64,000 nt of DNA from Octopus sinensis (Eukaryota), in contig NC_042997.1 in NCBI RefSeq assembly GCF_006345805.1, forward strand, positions 101,432,001-101,496,000, written 5' to 3'. Numbering within the stretch: the first letter of the stretch is position 1; the number at the start of each line of letters is the position of its first letter. The notes beneath the pieces are model-generated. The model was not told the origin of the DNA and did no database searches. It saw only the letters and a list, made by a program, of their open reading frames with translations. Below, piece by piece: positions 38,135 to 52,617 of the stretch. The position numbers were made by a program, and so were the translations under genes.

Positions 38135-38935
38135 CATGTATATATGCATGTCGTGTATGTCAACAACAAAATGAAACCATTGATTATCTTGTCTCTAAGT
38201 GCAGTCTTCCTTCCCCTACAGAGTATTTCAACAGTCATAATAGAGCAGCACAAAATATTCACAGGGTAATTTGAAAAAACCTGGACCTGCCTCATGATAA
38301 AAACTGTTGGAAACGCAAACCACCTCCAGTGCTTAAAAATGATCACATCTCACTCTTCTGGAACTTCACTATTCAAACTGACGGAAAGATAGATGCGAAT
38401 AGGCCAGACATTATATTGAAAGGCTTTAGACAAAAATCGTGCCTCCTCATTGATATGACTGTCCAAATCGATATAAATGTGTCTGTCATGACCTACCAAA
38501 AACTGAGCAAGTATGAATGTCTTGAAACAGAAATTGGTAAAATGTGGAACCTCAAGACTAAAACAATACCTGTTGTCAAGGTACCCTAGGAATGATAACA
38601 AAAGAGGCTGATTGCTACTGAGCTCAGATACCAGGAAACCCAAAAATGGCAGAAATTCAAAAGATAGTGCTCATGGGAACTGCCCATATCCTATGTAATA
38701 TACTGTCTATGTAATCTCAAATTTTAAAACAAACTCATAATTGTCTTATGTAATCTCAAATTTTAAAACAAACTCATAATTGTCTTATGTTTTCTTAAAC
38801 ATTATCTAGAACAATACTGTGTGCAAGACAAAATACATGGCATAACACCAACATGAACTTCTAATTTGTTCTTTTGAGGTCTCCGGGTGAGACTTGGAGC
38901 CAACTTGTACAAATACAAATCAAAAGTCAAACATA
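38135..38935 (+). mobile_element. R4/Dong-type LINE 3' fragment with TAA tail
   Basis: CRVCQQQNETIDYLVSKC and WNFTIQTDGKIDANRPDII..LIDM..KLSKY..IPVV. ~39-bp direct duplication at ~38708-38790. Followed by (AAT)n then (AAG)n. Confidence 0.9.
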
Positions 38936-38953
38936 TAATAATAATAATAATAA

Positions 38954-38954
<1 letters not shown>

Positions 38955-38984
<30 letters not shown>

Positions 38985-39108
38985 AAGAAGAAGAAGAAGA
39001 AGAAGAAGAAGAAGAAGAAGAAGAAGAAGAAGAAGAAGAAGAAGAAGAAGAAGAAGAAGAAGAAGAAGAAGAAGAAGAAGAAGGAGAAGAAGAAGAAGAA
39101 GAAGAAGA
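38955..39108. repeat. (AAG)n microsatellite
   Basis: Directly visible. Confidence 0.97.
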
Positions 39109-39149
39109 ATCCTTTCTACTGGAGGCTCAAGGCCCAAAATTTGTGGATA

Positions 39150-39480
39150 TAATCTAATGCGATTGGCTGCACTAAACCTGCCTAGTCTTGAACATCGCCG
39201 TCTCATGGGGATATAATCAACATGTATAGGTATACGCACGGCCTGTACCTGACCAACTGCCCCCAATTCAACTACTTCCAAGGCAGAAATACAAGAGGAC
39301 ACAGCCTGGAATTGGAAAGATCACACTGCAGGCTCAACATTAGAAGCTGCTTTTTCGTACAGCGTGTGACCACCACCTGGAGCAGCCTGCCAAACAGAGT
39401 GGTCCGCAGCTCCATCAGTTAATGCCTTCAAGAACCGGCTTGACGCACACTGGAAGGAGCTTCCTGCAAAATTTGACCCT
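39150..39480 (+). mobile_element. CR1-type LINE 3' end
   Basis: LNLPSLEHRRL, TRGHSLELERSHCRLNIRSCFFVQRVTTTWSSLP and NAFKNRLDAHW. Confidence 0.85.
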
Positions 39481-40394
39481 GTCTGTTGTTACTATTAGCT
39501 ACAACTGTCGAAGTGTTGTACCACACATGACAAATTAATTGTACTAGTGGAAAAGGGCCTGTGAACAAGCTCCTAGGGGCTTCAACACGGAAACCATCCA
39601 GTATCCAGTAAACATATAGCACAATATACTGGAGGTGTGTTCATTTTTTTAATTACACAAAATAATTTAAGGGTCAGATCAAGGATCTCCACAGTTTTGA
39701 TCATCTTCATCTCTAATTCGCAATTCGTTCAAGTTCAGTGTATGGCCAGTCTCAAAAGTGTCTGTGAGTAAATCGTGGGTCAGAGCAGATATGAAAAAGA
39801 TTATGCCTTCGTTGTGATTAAGATACACTTCTACGTAGCACTTAAATGTTTTGTTTGCTTATTTTTTTTACACTAGAAAATTATATTCAGCTAATCCTCG
39901 TTAATCTGCAATATATCTTTCCCTGACTATTTTTGTAGGTCATTTAAATCACGCAACATTTCGTTCGTTATACAAAGTACTATTAAAATTAGTGAGGTTC
40001 GAGTGAGCTCTACTTATAATGTTCTGCTAGTTTTTAAGTTAAAGACAGAAGGGCTTCTTTCTTATTTTTCTGTTTCCCGACACTTCCGTCCCCTGCTCAA
40101 TGTTCATCTCCTCCTAGTTGGCACAAGATGATGAACGGAAGACAATCATAAGCTTCCCGACTGCTAGCGTCTGGAACTGTGGACGAAATGAGTCTTTAAT
40201 CCTTTGTCTGTCCAAAGTATTTTCACAGGTTTGTCTTAAACGTTCATGCTTGTTTTCTGACTTTCAGTTAGCACTTGTGTCATACATTCCGTGTAATATA
40301 AATCTTGTCTTTCATAAGTCCCAATTCATTCTTGTCACTGAAAAACCAAATTGGGGAATATACATCATATATGTATATATACGACACGTATATT

Positions 40395-41200
<806 letters not shown>

Positions 41201-41814
41201 GTGTATACACACATATATAACATATGCTTATATATATAACATGTTGCTCTGACGTCTATCATATATGGTGGGCGCCAGGGCAATATGCCCTACGTGTCAC
41301 ATGTGATACATAGGCAAAGGATAGGCAAAGGGTTAATCACTTCCGCTCTCTATATTCGTCTATAATGTGTTGCAAAGATCGCAGCAAACTAGCATTCAAT
41401 GTCGCCGCTGTTGATGTTTCTAAACATCATAAAACTACTGCCTACAGTAGTGCCATTGTCCATAGAAATGTACATCATTTTGTTTTTCAAAGGATATGTG
41501 GTTTTGCTGTACATTAATTCATTTAATTCTGGTTTGCTTTTCGGTGAGCTTGTAACTTTCAAGCTTTTTCTTTGGGGAGGTTGTCGACTTTATTGTCTCA
41601 AAGTTGAGTAAACGTGAACAAGAAAAAGATCTGTTAAAACAAAATGTTTTATCGCCTACCCCACCCCGCCCCAAAAAATGGGTGAAACATATACATGTAA
41701 ACTTGTTTCCTGTGTTTGTTGTAAGTCGACAAAACAGAAGACAAATTTTCAGTTGTTAAAAGGAAACTATAAATCAAATGGGAGTGATACATAACACGTT
41801 TTGCTAGGACAGTA

Positions 41815-42395
41815 CACAACAACAATTTTTCTTCTAGAGGCACAAGGCCTGAATTATGTGGGAAGTGCGGTTGTCGATTATTTCGACGCCAGTGCTCAAT
41901 TGACACTTCTTTTTATCAGCACCAAAACGATGAAAGACAAAGTCAACCTCGGCAGTATTTGAACTCAGATTGAAAAGTTGAAAGAAATGCCGCTAAGCAT
42001 TTAGCATTTTTCCGGAGTGCTGATGATTATGTCAGTTCTCCAATTCTTTTTGCTATGGGCACAAAGTCTGAAATTTCGGGGAAGGAAGACAATCAATCAT
42101 ATCCACCTTGTGCTTAACTGGTACTTATTTTATCGACCTTGAGAAAATGAAAGGTAAAGTCAACCTCAGCAGGATTTGAACTTAGGACGTAGAATCAGCA
42201 GAAGTGTTGCTAAGCATTTTGTTCGATATAATAACGATTCTGCCCGCCCACCTTCAATCAATTAATACGAGATCGATTTTGCCTTTATCTTTTCGAGGTC
42301 GATTAAATAAGTACCAGTTACACACTGGGGTTGATGTAATCGAGTTACCTCCTCCCCGAAAATTTCAGGCCTTGTGTCTATAATAGAAAGGATTA
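41815..42395. mobile_element. Cluster of three SINE family A copies (two minus, one plus)
   Basis: Reverse-complement cores at ~41815-42045 and ~42045-42250; forward core at ~42265-42395. Confidence 0.8.
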
Positions 42396-42399
42396 TGTA

Positions 42400-43030
42400 A
42401 TGAAAATTCACAGTTTATTTTGCTGGGTTTGATGGGAAGTGTCAGCTGTCCATGGCCAGCAAACTAAAGTGACACTTGTTTACTAGTCATGCTTGAAGAA
42501 CCCTGCGAAGAATTCTTGCAGTTACAAGCAATGCTGATTTTTATAGGTGTTCTACCTTCACACTTGCTCCAATATTCTTCAGTTAAGTTGGTAGTTGAAT
42601 GTTGATATTTCCAAGTTCACCAATTACTATTGGCATCACGTCTACTCTCCTCATTGATCACAACATTCGTATTTCCCACTGCAAATCGTCATAGTTGTTT
42701 TTTTTTTGTTTTTTTTATTTCACATTGATCCTTTTGTCACCGCGGTATGCTGTGTCGATTATCATACATGTTCTTCCTTTTTTTTCACCACAACAATGTC
42801 CCGTTTCCGATGTCTGGTCAGGTGATTGCACTGAATCATTGAATCCTACAGGATTTTGCAATACTCATTCTCGGTTGCTTCTTCTGGGGTATGCTCATAC
42901 CACGTCTTTGCTCTTTGTAGGCTGTGATTTCCACAGAGTTCCCAATAGAACATTCTTGCCACATTGTCATGGTGTCTTTCGTATTCGCATTGTGCCAATT
43001 TCGGGCATTCGCTAACGATGTGCCATACCG
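42400..43030 (-). mobile_element. R4/Dong-type LINE 3' fragment, decayed
   Basis: Minus strand reads WHIVSECPKLAQCEYERHHDNVARMFYW..WYEH..RHRKRDIVVV..ARILRRVLQA*. Confidence 0.8.
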
Positions 43031-44320
43031 TTTCACCCCTTTAACTACAAATTTTAATAATTTACAGAGAAACTTTGAGGGAATACTTTTCTTTGGCCGT
43101 TTTTGCAAAGGCTTTCATGCATGCTTTCACCCACTCATCATAATCGATGTTGGGGCATAAGGAAGAAACATCTATGGTTACCAAAAAACAGTCTCTAACA
43201 CTACTTCGGTGTTTGGAAAATTTGTTCAATTTGGAAACAAAATCATAAGTATCTCGAATGTAGGAACTTAATCTTTTAGCTACTGGAAGAAGAAAGCCAC
43301 TCAGCCATTCGGAAATTTTAACAGTGCAACATTCATACCTGCTGCAAATTGGGCGCAATAGAGCAAATTTTTCGAATTTTTAATGTATTTTTGGAAGACC
43401 GTAAAATACAGGTGTTCTAATAGCTTAGATTCCGTGTCATTTATGAAATTGTTTTCCTCTATTTCCAAAATTATTTTATCAAGTTCTTCTCTGTAGTTCT
43501 TCATAAGAAGTTATATCACTTAAAACTTCTTCACAAGTTGAAATGTACTCGTCTTTGTCCATAATTATAATAACGCCTCCTTTATCCGCCATTTTGATAA
43601 CAATAGAATCATTGTTTGCTCGGCTACAGAGCGCGGTACGCTGGGAATCCGTAAAGTTATTCCAGCTCTTTTTCTTACAGATTTTAAGGCTTTCCCTAAT
43701 CCCTGTCCGACAAGATTCGAGAAATTCCAACAGTGCTTGGGAACGTCCCTCCCGAACGTTATCCGGATACAAATTTGAATTCTTGGGGGAGGGGGCTTTG
43801 ATGGAAATCCTCACTTAAAACATGGAATCTGTCTTAGAACTTGGACTTAGTTTCTGCCCAAGCACTAAGAATTTTGACAAAAAGAAATTAACAGCAGGAA
43901 TATATCAGTTTGTCCGCCGTCACAAGCTCCTAGAATATTTTTTTGAAAGAATTAGTAACGGGGAGTCAGAAACCCCCATGTCTGTTGAAAGAAATGATGA
44001 TGATCGGATCTGGCATAATTGGATTTTAAAGAATCTTTACAGGTGGGACCGGTAAAGATTCCCATTTGGTGTATGCAGTAGAATGCACCAAACACAAACA
44101 TGATTTATGTTGGTTGCACAACAGAACGATTGCAAAAAAAGATTTAACAAACATAAGTACGACGTCAGGCACAATAACAATGGCTCCACGGAACTTGCGG
44201 AGCATTTCACATCAAACGGGTGTAAATTTGAGGAGCACCTAAAGGTGCAAATTCTCAAAAAATACCTTTACTTTCAGTTTTCAAAACCCATGGGGATAGA
44301 TATATTTGTGAGCTGTTGAT
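43030..44320. mobile_element. Rearranged Penelope-like element (RT on minus; N-terminus and GIY-YIG on plus)
   Basis: Minus: IVIKMADKGGVIIIMDKDEY, RPICS, YIRDTYDF, LVTIDVSSL. Plus: VLELGLSFCP (43822), LVYAVEC and KRFNKHKYDV..TELAEHF (44060-44250). Confidence 0.85.
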
Positions 44321-45101
44321 ATCTCAACCTGGAGGAATTCATAAAATGGCAAGTGAATTCCACCGTATTTATACTAAACGTTTTGAGTGAATGATTTTTT
44401 CTCAAATTCTTTTCTTTCTTTCCTTCCTTCTGCCACCTTTTGTGAAAAACCGAAGACTGATGACATCGTTTTAATTGGAAGGAAATGCCGTTACTCCAGT
44501 TTAATTTTGAATGCTTCAGCGTTTCATTTCATTTTAATAAACAAAGTCAATCTCTATTTATTACAAATAACAGCTGCACTCTTCTTGCTTTTTTACCTTT
44601 GTGAAAAATAACTTCAATCTTGAAATATTATTATTATTATTATAATTATTATTATTATTATTATTTTCATTAACCAAAGGCTGTAGTGAAAGAGGTAGTA
44701 TGGTGGACCCGTTTGAAAAGGCTAAACACAGACACTTTCCTCTTTGGCCAGGAAGTTGAGGGTGGACAGGGAAGTGTTGCCTTGTAGCAAGTTTGTTGAA
44801 AAGTGGGTGAATGTTGGAAGAATGGCCAATGTGAAAGGACCAATTCTAAGTGTTCACCTGTGAAAAAATTAAAAGAGAAGGGCTCTTGCCCTGATGATCA
44901 AGCACCCTTGGCTTTTCTGGGGTTTTCCACAAGGACCTTAATGTGCCTCCCCTATTGGGACTTTTAATTTGTTCAATTCTAATTGTTATTTATATTGTTT
45001 ACATGTGGAAAACCCATTGTATTGTCCCGTTTTTGTCTTTTATGTTGTTGCATGTCCTTTGATGTTATTTTACGTGAGCCCTTGTGGCTAATAAAAGAAT
45101 A

Positions 45102-45155
<54 letters not shown>

Positions 45156-45156
<1 letters not shown>

Positions 45157-45845
45157 TCGCTAGTACATACTAATTTAGTTAGCAGGTATTTTATCTTGAT
45201 GTTTGGTGACAACAAGCCTCCTCGAATCTCAAGAATCTTTCTTAGGAGTCTTGTAGAATATAGGATCGTATTTTTCTGCACGTCAGCAATGTAAGTTTCA
45301 ATTCTAATTTCTTCCATTCTTTTAGGTAGCATTTTGGGTGTTGTGCTAAGTACACCAATTACTTACTACAGGAATGACTGTTGTCTTGGTCTTCCACAGT
45401 CTCCTTAGCTCTCTGGGTAGATCCTGATATTTCCCTATTTTTTCAATTTCCCTGGTATTGATTCTGCTATCATAAGAAATTGCAAAATCTATAATCTTGC
45501 AGTTTGTTTATTTTGTCCTCTATAATCATATCTGGTCTTCTTGCCTCTATAGTATGGTCAGTCATTATGGCAAAATCCCACAAGATCTTGAAATTCGCTT
45601 TTTCTATCACAGCCTCTATTTCGTGCTCATACCAATTTTCTTTTGTTATGAAGCCACACATTTAGCTAAGACCTTAATGCACTCTTTTACCAATACAATT
45701 ATGTCTGTGCTTATACTCCTGTTGTGCAAGTATACTGCATTCACTCAAAATTTGATTGATACTTTTGCCTCCTTTCCTGCAGATTCTACATTGGTATCTG
45801 ACTGAGTTTTGTTGCTCTTTGCCTTTATCAGATTTGTTCTAAGGA
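45156..45845 (-). mobile_element. R4/Dong-type LINE 3' fragment with TAA tail
   Basis: CRICRKGG..ILSECSILAQQEYKHRH, WDFAIMTDHTIEARRPDMII, QKNTILYSTRLLRKIL. (ATT)n at ~45104-45155. Confidence 0.88.
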
Positions 45846-46739
45846 CAGAGGGGAAAAAACACCTTAGAGCAAATTATTATTATTGTTGGTGTTGTTCTTA
45901 AGAAGAACTACTACTACTACCACCACCACCACTACTACAAAACCAACAATTATAATGTTTTCTTTCTTAACCACCAAGGGTTGACACAAACATTGAGGGA
46001 GGTACAGGACAATGCACTGAAGTAAGTGTAGCATAACTGAGAAAGGGAGGTGAATGTTTGTGTGTATGAGAGAGAGAGAGAGTGCAGGGGTGAAGAGAGA
46101 GAATGCAGGTATAAAAAATATCATTAAAGAAACACTACTTAAACAGTTTAGTATTACGATTTGGCAGTGTAGTTATGAGGGTAATCCCAAGAAAGATTTA
46201 AATCAAATAATACAACACACACACACACACACATATATATCATTGTCTATCCCTCCACCCTCGTTCACTGCTCACTATATTTACCCCATCCCCATCCCCA
46301 TCCTCTACCCCTTGTCTAGCCACCTCTCACTCTCCCCATACTCTCTTGCAACCTTTAGATTTTCTGTCTACATTTTCTCTTCTATTCACATTCTCATACC
46401 TTGAGGGCAGACTCTAACATGTCTGCACCACCAGTTTCTTCTCTCTCTCTTTCCCTCTCTCTCCCTTTCTCTCTCTCTCCTTTTCTTTCTCTCTCCCTCT
46501 CTCTCTTCAGCTCCATCTCGATTACTTTCAACCATTCATTTTTAATGCAAGTTAGTCCCTGTAGCTCCTCTACAGTAACAAATCTGTTCCTACCCTCGTT
46601 TCATACTTTAGCTTCTCAAGCTTCTCAACACCTGGCATTAAGCCAATTTCCCCTCTGTTATGTCCAGGGTGGAATCTTTCATCTGGCACTCGGATGAAAG
46701 ATTTCACTCAGTCCACAGTGGAATTTTTTTATCTGGCAA

Positions 46740-46918
46740 GTTATGTGGTGGCCTCTTTGGAGCTGGTGCCATGAAAACTGAACCAAGTACACTATGTAAA
46801 GTAGTTGGTGTTAGGAAGGGTATCTAACCATAGAAACCATTCTAAAGCAAACATTGGAGGCATAACATACTTCACTAACTAGTCAGGTCTTGTTGAACCA
46901 GCATAGAAATGAACATTA
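46740..46918 (+). mobile_element. SINE family D, diverged
   Basis: gttggtgttaggaagggtatctaaccatagaaacc motif, shared with 50283, 53300 and 60050. Confidence 0.65.
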
Positions 46919-46919
46919 A

Positions 46920-46968
<49 letters not shown>

Positions 46969-46969
<1 letters not shown>

Positions 46970-48062
46970 TTTTTTTTTTCTTCTTTCAAATTTGCTTCCA
47001 TTTCTTGCCGAGTGTCTTCCCGACTCCTAGGGCAAAGAAACTCATAGTATACATTGGTAGGCCATTAAACCAAACTCAGTAGTTCGTTCATTTTTTTTAT
47101 TTTTTTAAAGTTAAATTAAAATACATGAGCAGCAACAGTTCTCACATCGACAATGCTCTTCTCAATACGTGTGATGTACCAGTTAAGACAATCTTTTGCA
47201 CTTCTTGCAGGGATAGTAAGCCAGGGATCATTCTCATATAATTTTCGGTTCCCTTCTTGATCATTCCTAGTGCTCCTACGATCACTGGTATTGTAACCGC
47301 CTTGAGATGCCACATTTTCTCAATTTCAATGAGTAGGTCTTTATATTTTCTGAGCTTGTCAAACTCTTTCGCTGAGATATTATGATCACAGGGGATGCTC
47401 ATGTCGATCAATAAGCAAACTTTATTGTTTTGGTCTTTCACAACAATATCTGGTTTATTGGCCTTGATGGTTCGGTCTGTATGTACTGGAAAGTCCCACA
47501 GAATGGTTACATTTTCTCCTTCAGTTACAGCCTCAGGGTGGTGATTATACCACTTGTCGGCAGTTTTGATATTGTAATGCCGACTTATTAGCCAGTGGAG
47601 ATATTGGCCAACTCTGTCATGTCTTAATTTATACTCCACTGGTGCTAAGACTTTACATCCAGAGATTAGGTGGTCCACTGTTTCAATCATGTCGTTGCAG
47701 AATCGGCATTTTGGGTCTGCTCCATTTTTCATCACATTGGCCTGGTAGTTCCGGGTCAATAGGCTTTGATCTTGAGCAGCCAGGATGAAACCTTCGCTCT
47801 CTGCTTTTAGCCCTGAGCTCCGTAGCCACTGATGGGTTTGCTTCTGGTCAACATCAGCTTGTTTGCTGCGGGTCACATATTTGCCGTGCAGAGGTTCTCC
47901 TCCCACCTATCAGCCAATTGCTCGTGCGCTTTTTTCATTGCCATCATTTTCACCTTCTTTGCAACAATAGTTGCCGTACTTCCCTCGGGTTGTTCAGTTT
48001 GGGTATCCTGCACGAGATCAATAGCAAATTTTTTGGTTTCCTTTATGATGATTTTCCACGAG
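46969..48062 (-). mobile_element. R4/Dong-type LINE 3' fragment, copy 1 of a tandem pair
   Basis: ORF 47142..47906: GLKAESEGFILAAQDQSL, CRFC..ETVDHLISGC, WDFPVHTDRTIKANKPDIVV, IDMSIP, KLRKY, IPVIVGALG. Confidence 0.95.
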
Positions 48063-48093
48063 CTTTATTGTTATTATTATTATTATTATCATA

Positions 48094-48143
<50 letters not shown>

Positions 48144-48210
48144 CATAATTATTATATTATTATCATAATTATTATTATTATTATTATTATTATTATCATT
48201 ATTATTATTA

Positions 48211-48242
<32 letters not shown>

Positions 48243-48243
<1 letters not shown>

Positions 48244-49340
48244 TTTTTTTTTTCTTCTTTCAAATTTGCTTCCATTTCTTGCCGAGTGTCTTCCCGACTC
48301 CTAGGGCAAAGAAACTCATAGTATACATTGGTAGGCCATTAAACCAAACTCAGTAGTTCGTTCATTTTTTTTATTTTTTTAAAGTTAAATTAAAATACAT
48401 GAGCAGCAACAGTTCTCACATCGACAATGCTCTTCTCAATACGTGTGATGTACCAGTTAAGACAATCTTTTGCACTTCTTGCAGGGATAGTAAGCCAGGG
48501 ATCATTCTCATATAATTTTCGGTTCCCTTCTTGATCATTCCTAGTGCTCCTACGATCACTGGTATTGTAACCGCCTTGAGATGCCACATTTTCTCAATTT
48601 CAATGAGTAGGTCTTTATATTTTCTGAGCTTGTCAAACTCTTTCGCTGAGATATTATGATCACAGGGGATGCTCATGTCGATCAATAAGCAAACTTTATT
48701 GTTTTGGTCTTTCACAACAATATCTGGTTTATTGGCCTTGATGGTTCGGTCTGTATGTACTGGAAAGTCCCACAGAATGGTTACATTTTCTCCTTCAGTT
48801 ACAGCCTCAGGGTGGTGATTATACCACTTGTCGGCAGTTTTGATATTGTAATGCCGACTTATTAGCCAGTGGAGATATTGGCCAACTCTGTCATGTCTTA
48901 ATTTATACTCCACTGGTGCTAAGACTTTACATCCAGAGATTAGGTGGTCCACTGTTTCAATCATGTCGTTGCAGAATCGGCATTTTGGGTCTGCTCCATT
49001 TTTCATCACATTGGCCTGGTAGTTCCGGGTCAATAGGCTTTGATCTTGAGCAGCCAGGATGAAACCTTCGCTCTCTGCTTTTAGCCCTGAGCTCCGTAGC
49101 CACTGATGGGTTTGCTTCTGGTCAACATCAGCTTGTTTGCTGCGGGTCACATATTTGCCGTGCAGAGGTTTCTCCTCCCACCTATCAGCCAATTGCTCGT
49201 GCGCTTTTTTCATTGCCATCATTTTCACCTTCTTTGCAACAATAGTTGCCGTACTTCCCTCGGGTTGTTCAGTTTGGGTATCCTGCACGAGATCAATAGC
49301 AAATTTTTTGGTTTCCTTTATGATGATTTTCCACGAGCTT
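48243..49340 (-). mobile_element. R4/Dong-type LINE 3' fragment, copy 2 of a tandem pair
   Basis: ORF 48416..49288 is the same sequence offset by 1274 bp, with the same 5' truncation point. Confidence 0.95.
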
Positions 49341-49369
49341 TATTGTTATTATTATTATTATTATCATAA

Positions 49370-49400
<31 letters not shown>

Positions 49401-49930
49401 TATTATTACTATTATTATTATAATTATTATTATTATTATCATAATTATTATTATTATTATATTATTATTATCATTATTATTATTATTTTTATTTTTATTA
49501 TTATTATTATTATTATTGTGCGAGAGAGCAGTGCATGCCATCAAAGTGACTGGGGTAAAATATATGAAGCCCAATTTACCCATCATGACCACCCATCTGA
49601 TTCATTCCCAGTTTGATTCAGGTATGTATTGTTAATAAACCACAAAAATGGCAAAATATTTGACTCCACCACTCCTGAAATTCATTGGAAACAAATTGTT
49701 TTGCCTATGTTTTTCAGGTGTTTTAACACCCAGCAATATGAGGGAGTCATCCCCCACCAAACACCTTACTGCAGCAAACAGGCAAACAAAACACTTACAT
49801 TGAGTATGTGCTGATGGGGCCTCACTGAAGAAATAACAAGAGACTGAGAGATGTGGCAATTTGCTGTACTTGATAAGACACATCAAGCTAAGTAAAATCA
49901 CTGTCTTCTATACACACAGATTTGTGCCAG

Positions 49931-50228
49931 TAGCACATGGCCTAGTGGTTAGAGTAGCAGACTCGCGGTCGAGGGATCACTGGTTCGAATCTCAGACTGG
50001 GTGATGTCTGTGTTTATGAGCAAAATACCTAAGCTCCACATGGTTCCGGCAGAAGGTAATGGTGAACTTCTGCTGACTCTTTTGCCACAACTTTCTCTCA
50101 CTCTTTCCTCCTGCATCTTGCAGCTTACCTGCAACGGACCGGCGTCCCGTTCAGGTGGGGAACCTATACGCCAAGAAAACTGGGAAATCGGCCCTTATGA
50201 GCCAGGCATGGCTCGAGAAGAAACAAAC
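49931..50228 (+). mobile_element. tRNA-headed SINE, family C variant
   Basis: tggcctagtggttagag..ggttcgaatctc head; gaccggcgtcccgttcagg body like 27727. Confidence 0.8.
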
Positions 50229-50871
50229 AAAGAAGGAACAACACAAACTTGTGCCAGTGACACATAAATTGCATCCAGCATGCACTGTTAAGCGGTTGGC
50301 ATTAGGAAGGGCCTCCAGCTGTAGAAACCATGCTATAACAGTCAACTGGAATCTGGACAGCTCCTTGCTGACCAGCTTTGTTTCAAACCATCCCACCTAT
50401 GCCAGCATGGAAAGTGGATGTTAAACAATGATGTTGATGATGATATATGAATATACATTACCTGTCAAATATGAATAAAATCGTGCCTGTCTCTTTATAA
50501 TAACTTTTAATGTTTTTACAATAATTTACCAAATCAGTTGCTGACAGAGGCTGGACTTCCTTCTGGGAAACTGTCAGCCAAGTACACATCATGAGCAAAA
50601 CAACATGAATCCAATAAATATCCAAAATAGCTTATCAATGAATAAAGACCTTGGTTGAATAAAGACCTTGTTCACAATGTCTTACAGGTGCAGCAGCTTC
50701 CTGATGGCTGAAACATGAGTTGATCAATAAGAACTAAACTTACTAATGACAAATTAGGAATGGTTTCACCACTTGAGGATAAATTGCCCTTTAAGAAACA
50801 TATCTCAAAGACAAGACATAATTTGCAAGTATGTGTGTATATGTGTGTGTGTGTGAGAGAGAGAGAGAGTG

Positions 50872-50911
<40 letters not shown>

Positions 50912-51276
50912 CACACACTCTCTCTCTTTCATCCTTTCGGGGTCGATAAATTAAGTACCAGTTACGCACTGGGTCGACGTAATCCATTTGTCTGTCCTTA
51001 TTTGTCCCCTCTGTGTGTAGCCCCTTGTGGGTAGTAAAGAAATATATATATATATACAGGTTGCTAGTTCTAGCTGGTGGGGGTGCTTGCTTCCCCTTTG
51101 CAAATATAAGGACACAGCAAATGTGTCAAAGCTGACAAGAAGCATCGATGCATCCTAGGGCTATATAGCGGTGGTGTAATTCCCTCTACAGACTGTCACG
51201 TTATGTTGACTTTATACAACTACTCTATTGCTCCACCACCACTCATGTCTCATTGAGACATTTAAAAATTCAATAT

Positions 51277-51322
<46 letters not shown>

Positions 51323-51325
<3 letters not shown>

Positions 51326-52066
51326 GTACACACACACACACATGCACGCACACACACACACATACACACGCACACAATCACACAGAAAAACACATATACA
51401 TAATACCTAGGCATGTGTGTGCATCATATTTTGCGTGTATATATTTACATATCATCATTACCATCATTATTTAATGTCTGTTGTCCATGCTGGCATGGAT
51501 TGGATGGTTTGACCAGAGCTTGCAAGCTGGGGAGCTTCTCCAGAATCTTACACACACATCATCATCAGTTGATCATGCATCCGAAAAAGAAGCACCCTCT
51601 AAAAGTTAGAGCAGTAATGAATTTACATAAAGTAAGCGCTTTACAGGTGTGAAACCATTGGTCACTCTATGACCAGACATATATTGAACTTCATATCAAT
51701 ATATATATATTTATATCAATATATATATATATATATTGATATAAATATATATATATTGATATGAAGTTCAATATATGTCTGGTCATAGAGTGACCAATGG
51801 TTTCACACCTGTAAAGCGCTTACTTTATGATGTGTGTGTAAGATTCTGGAGAAGCTCCCCAGCTTGCAAGCTCTGGTCAAACCATCCAATCCATGCCAGC
51901 ATGGACAACAGACATTAAATAATGATGGTAATGATGATATGTAAATATATACACGCAAAATATGATGCACACACATGCCTAGGTATTATGTATATGTGTT
52001 TTTCTGTGTGATTGTGTGCGTGTGTATGTGTGTGTGTGTGCGTGCATGTGTGTGTGTGTGTACATA
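51323..52066. repeat. Long palindrome (~340-bp arms) centred in an (AT)n run at 51727/51728
   Basis: Arms match as reverse complements apart from a ~66-bp segment (51563-51628) present only in the left arm. Confidence 0.92.
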
Positions 52067-52529
52067 CACTAAATTGTATCAAATAAATGAGAAAGAAGGA
52101 CGCAATACATGATACAGAGCATATAGTCTGTTGAAACTGAATTTTCATCTCATGACTCAAGCTTCACTTCGCAGCAATCCTGTCTGACGGTCATAGTGGC
52201 ATGAAACATAGGTCATCAGATAAAAATCCAGTGCACATGCACACACACACACACACACACATATATGAAGTATTTTCATAGAAGTTTTGTTGAAACAATT
52301 TCCTTCGATGCTATGGCAATCAATTGCTCAGCATATATGACTAGATCATTAATAACAGACACAAGATTAGTCACAAAGATATTGATGAAATAATTATCAA
52401 CTATGAAATAAAAACAATATCAGAAACTCCAATCTTTCACTTTAAATATACATACATACACACATACATACACACACACACACATATATATATATATTCA
52501 AAATAAGCAACAAGGATATCCAGATGTAA

Positions 52530-52617
52530 TGCAGTACGATCGTTTCATGCGACTCCATTTAATTGAACAATGCAAATATTACATTAGTTTTAGAATGTAG
52601 AGCAATCTTCAGCTGCA
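52530..52617 (-). ncRNA. Type I hammerhead ribozyme
   Basis: Minus strand: tgcag-CTGAAGA-ttgc...gcat-GAAAC-GATC-GTA-ctgca. Perfect 5-bp stem I and palindromic stem III. Confidence 0.68.

Noticed and set aside
44455-44495. CTGATGA..GAAA downstream of the PLE GIY-YIG
   Set aside because: The position is plausible but no stems are supported.
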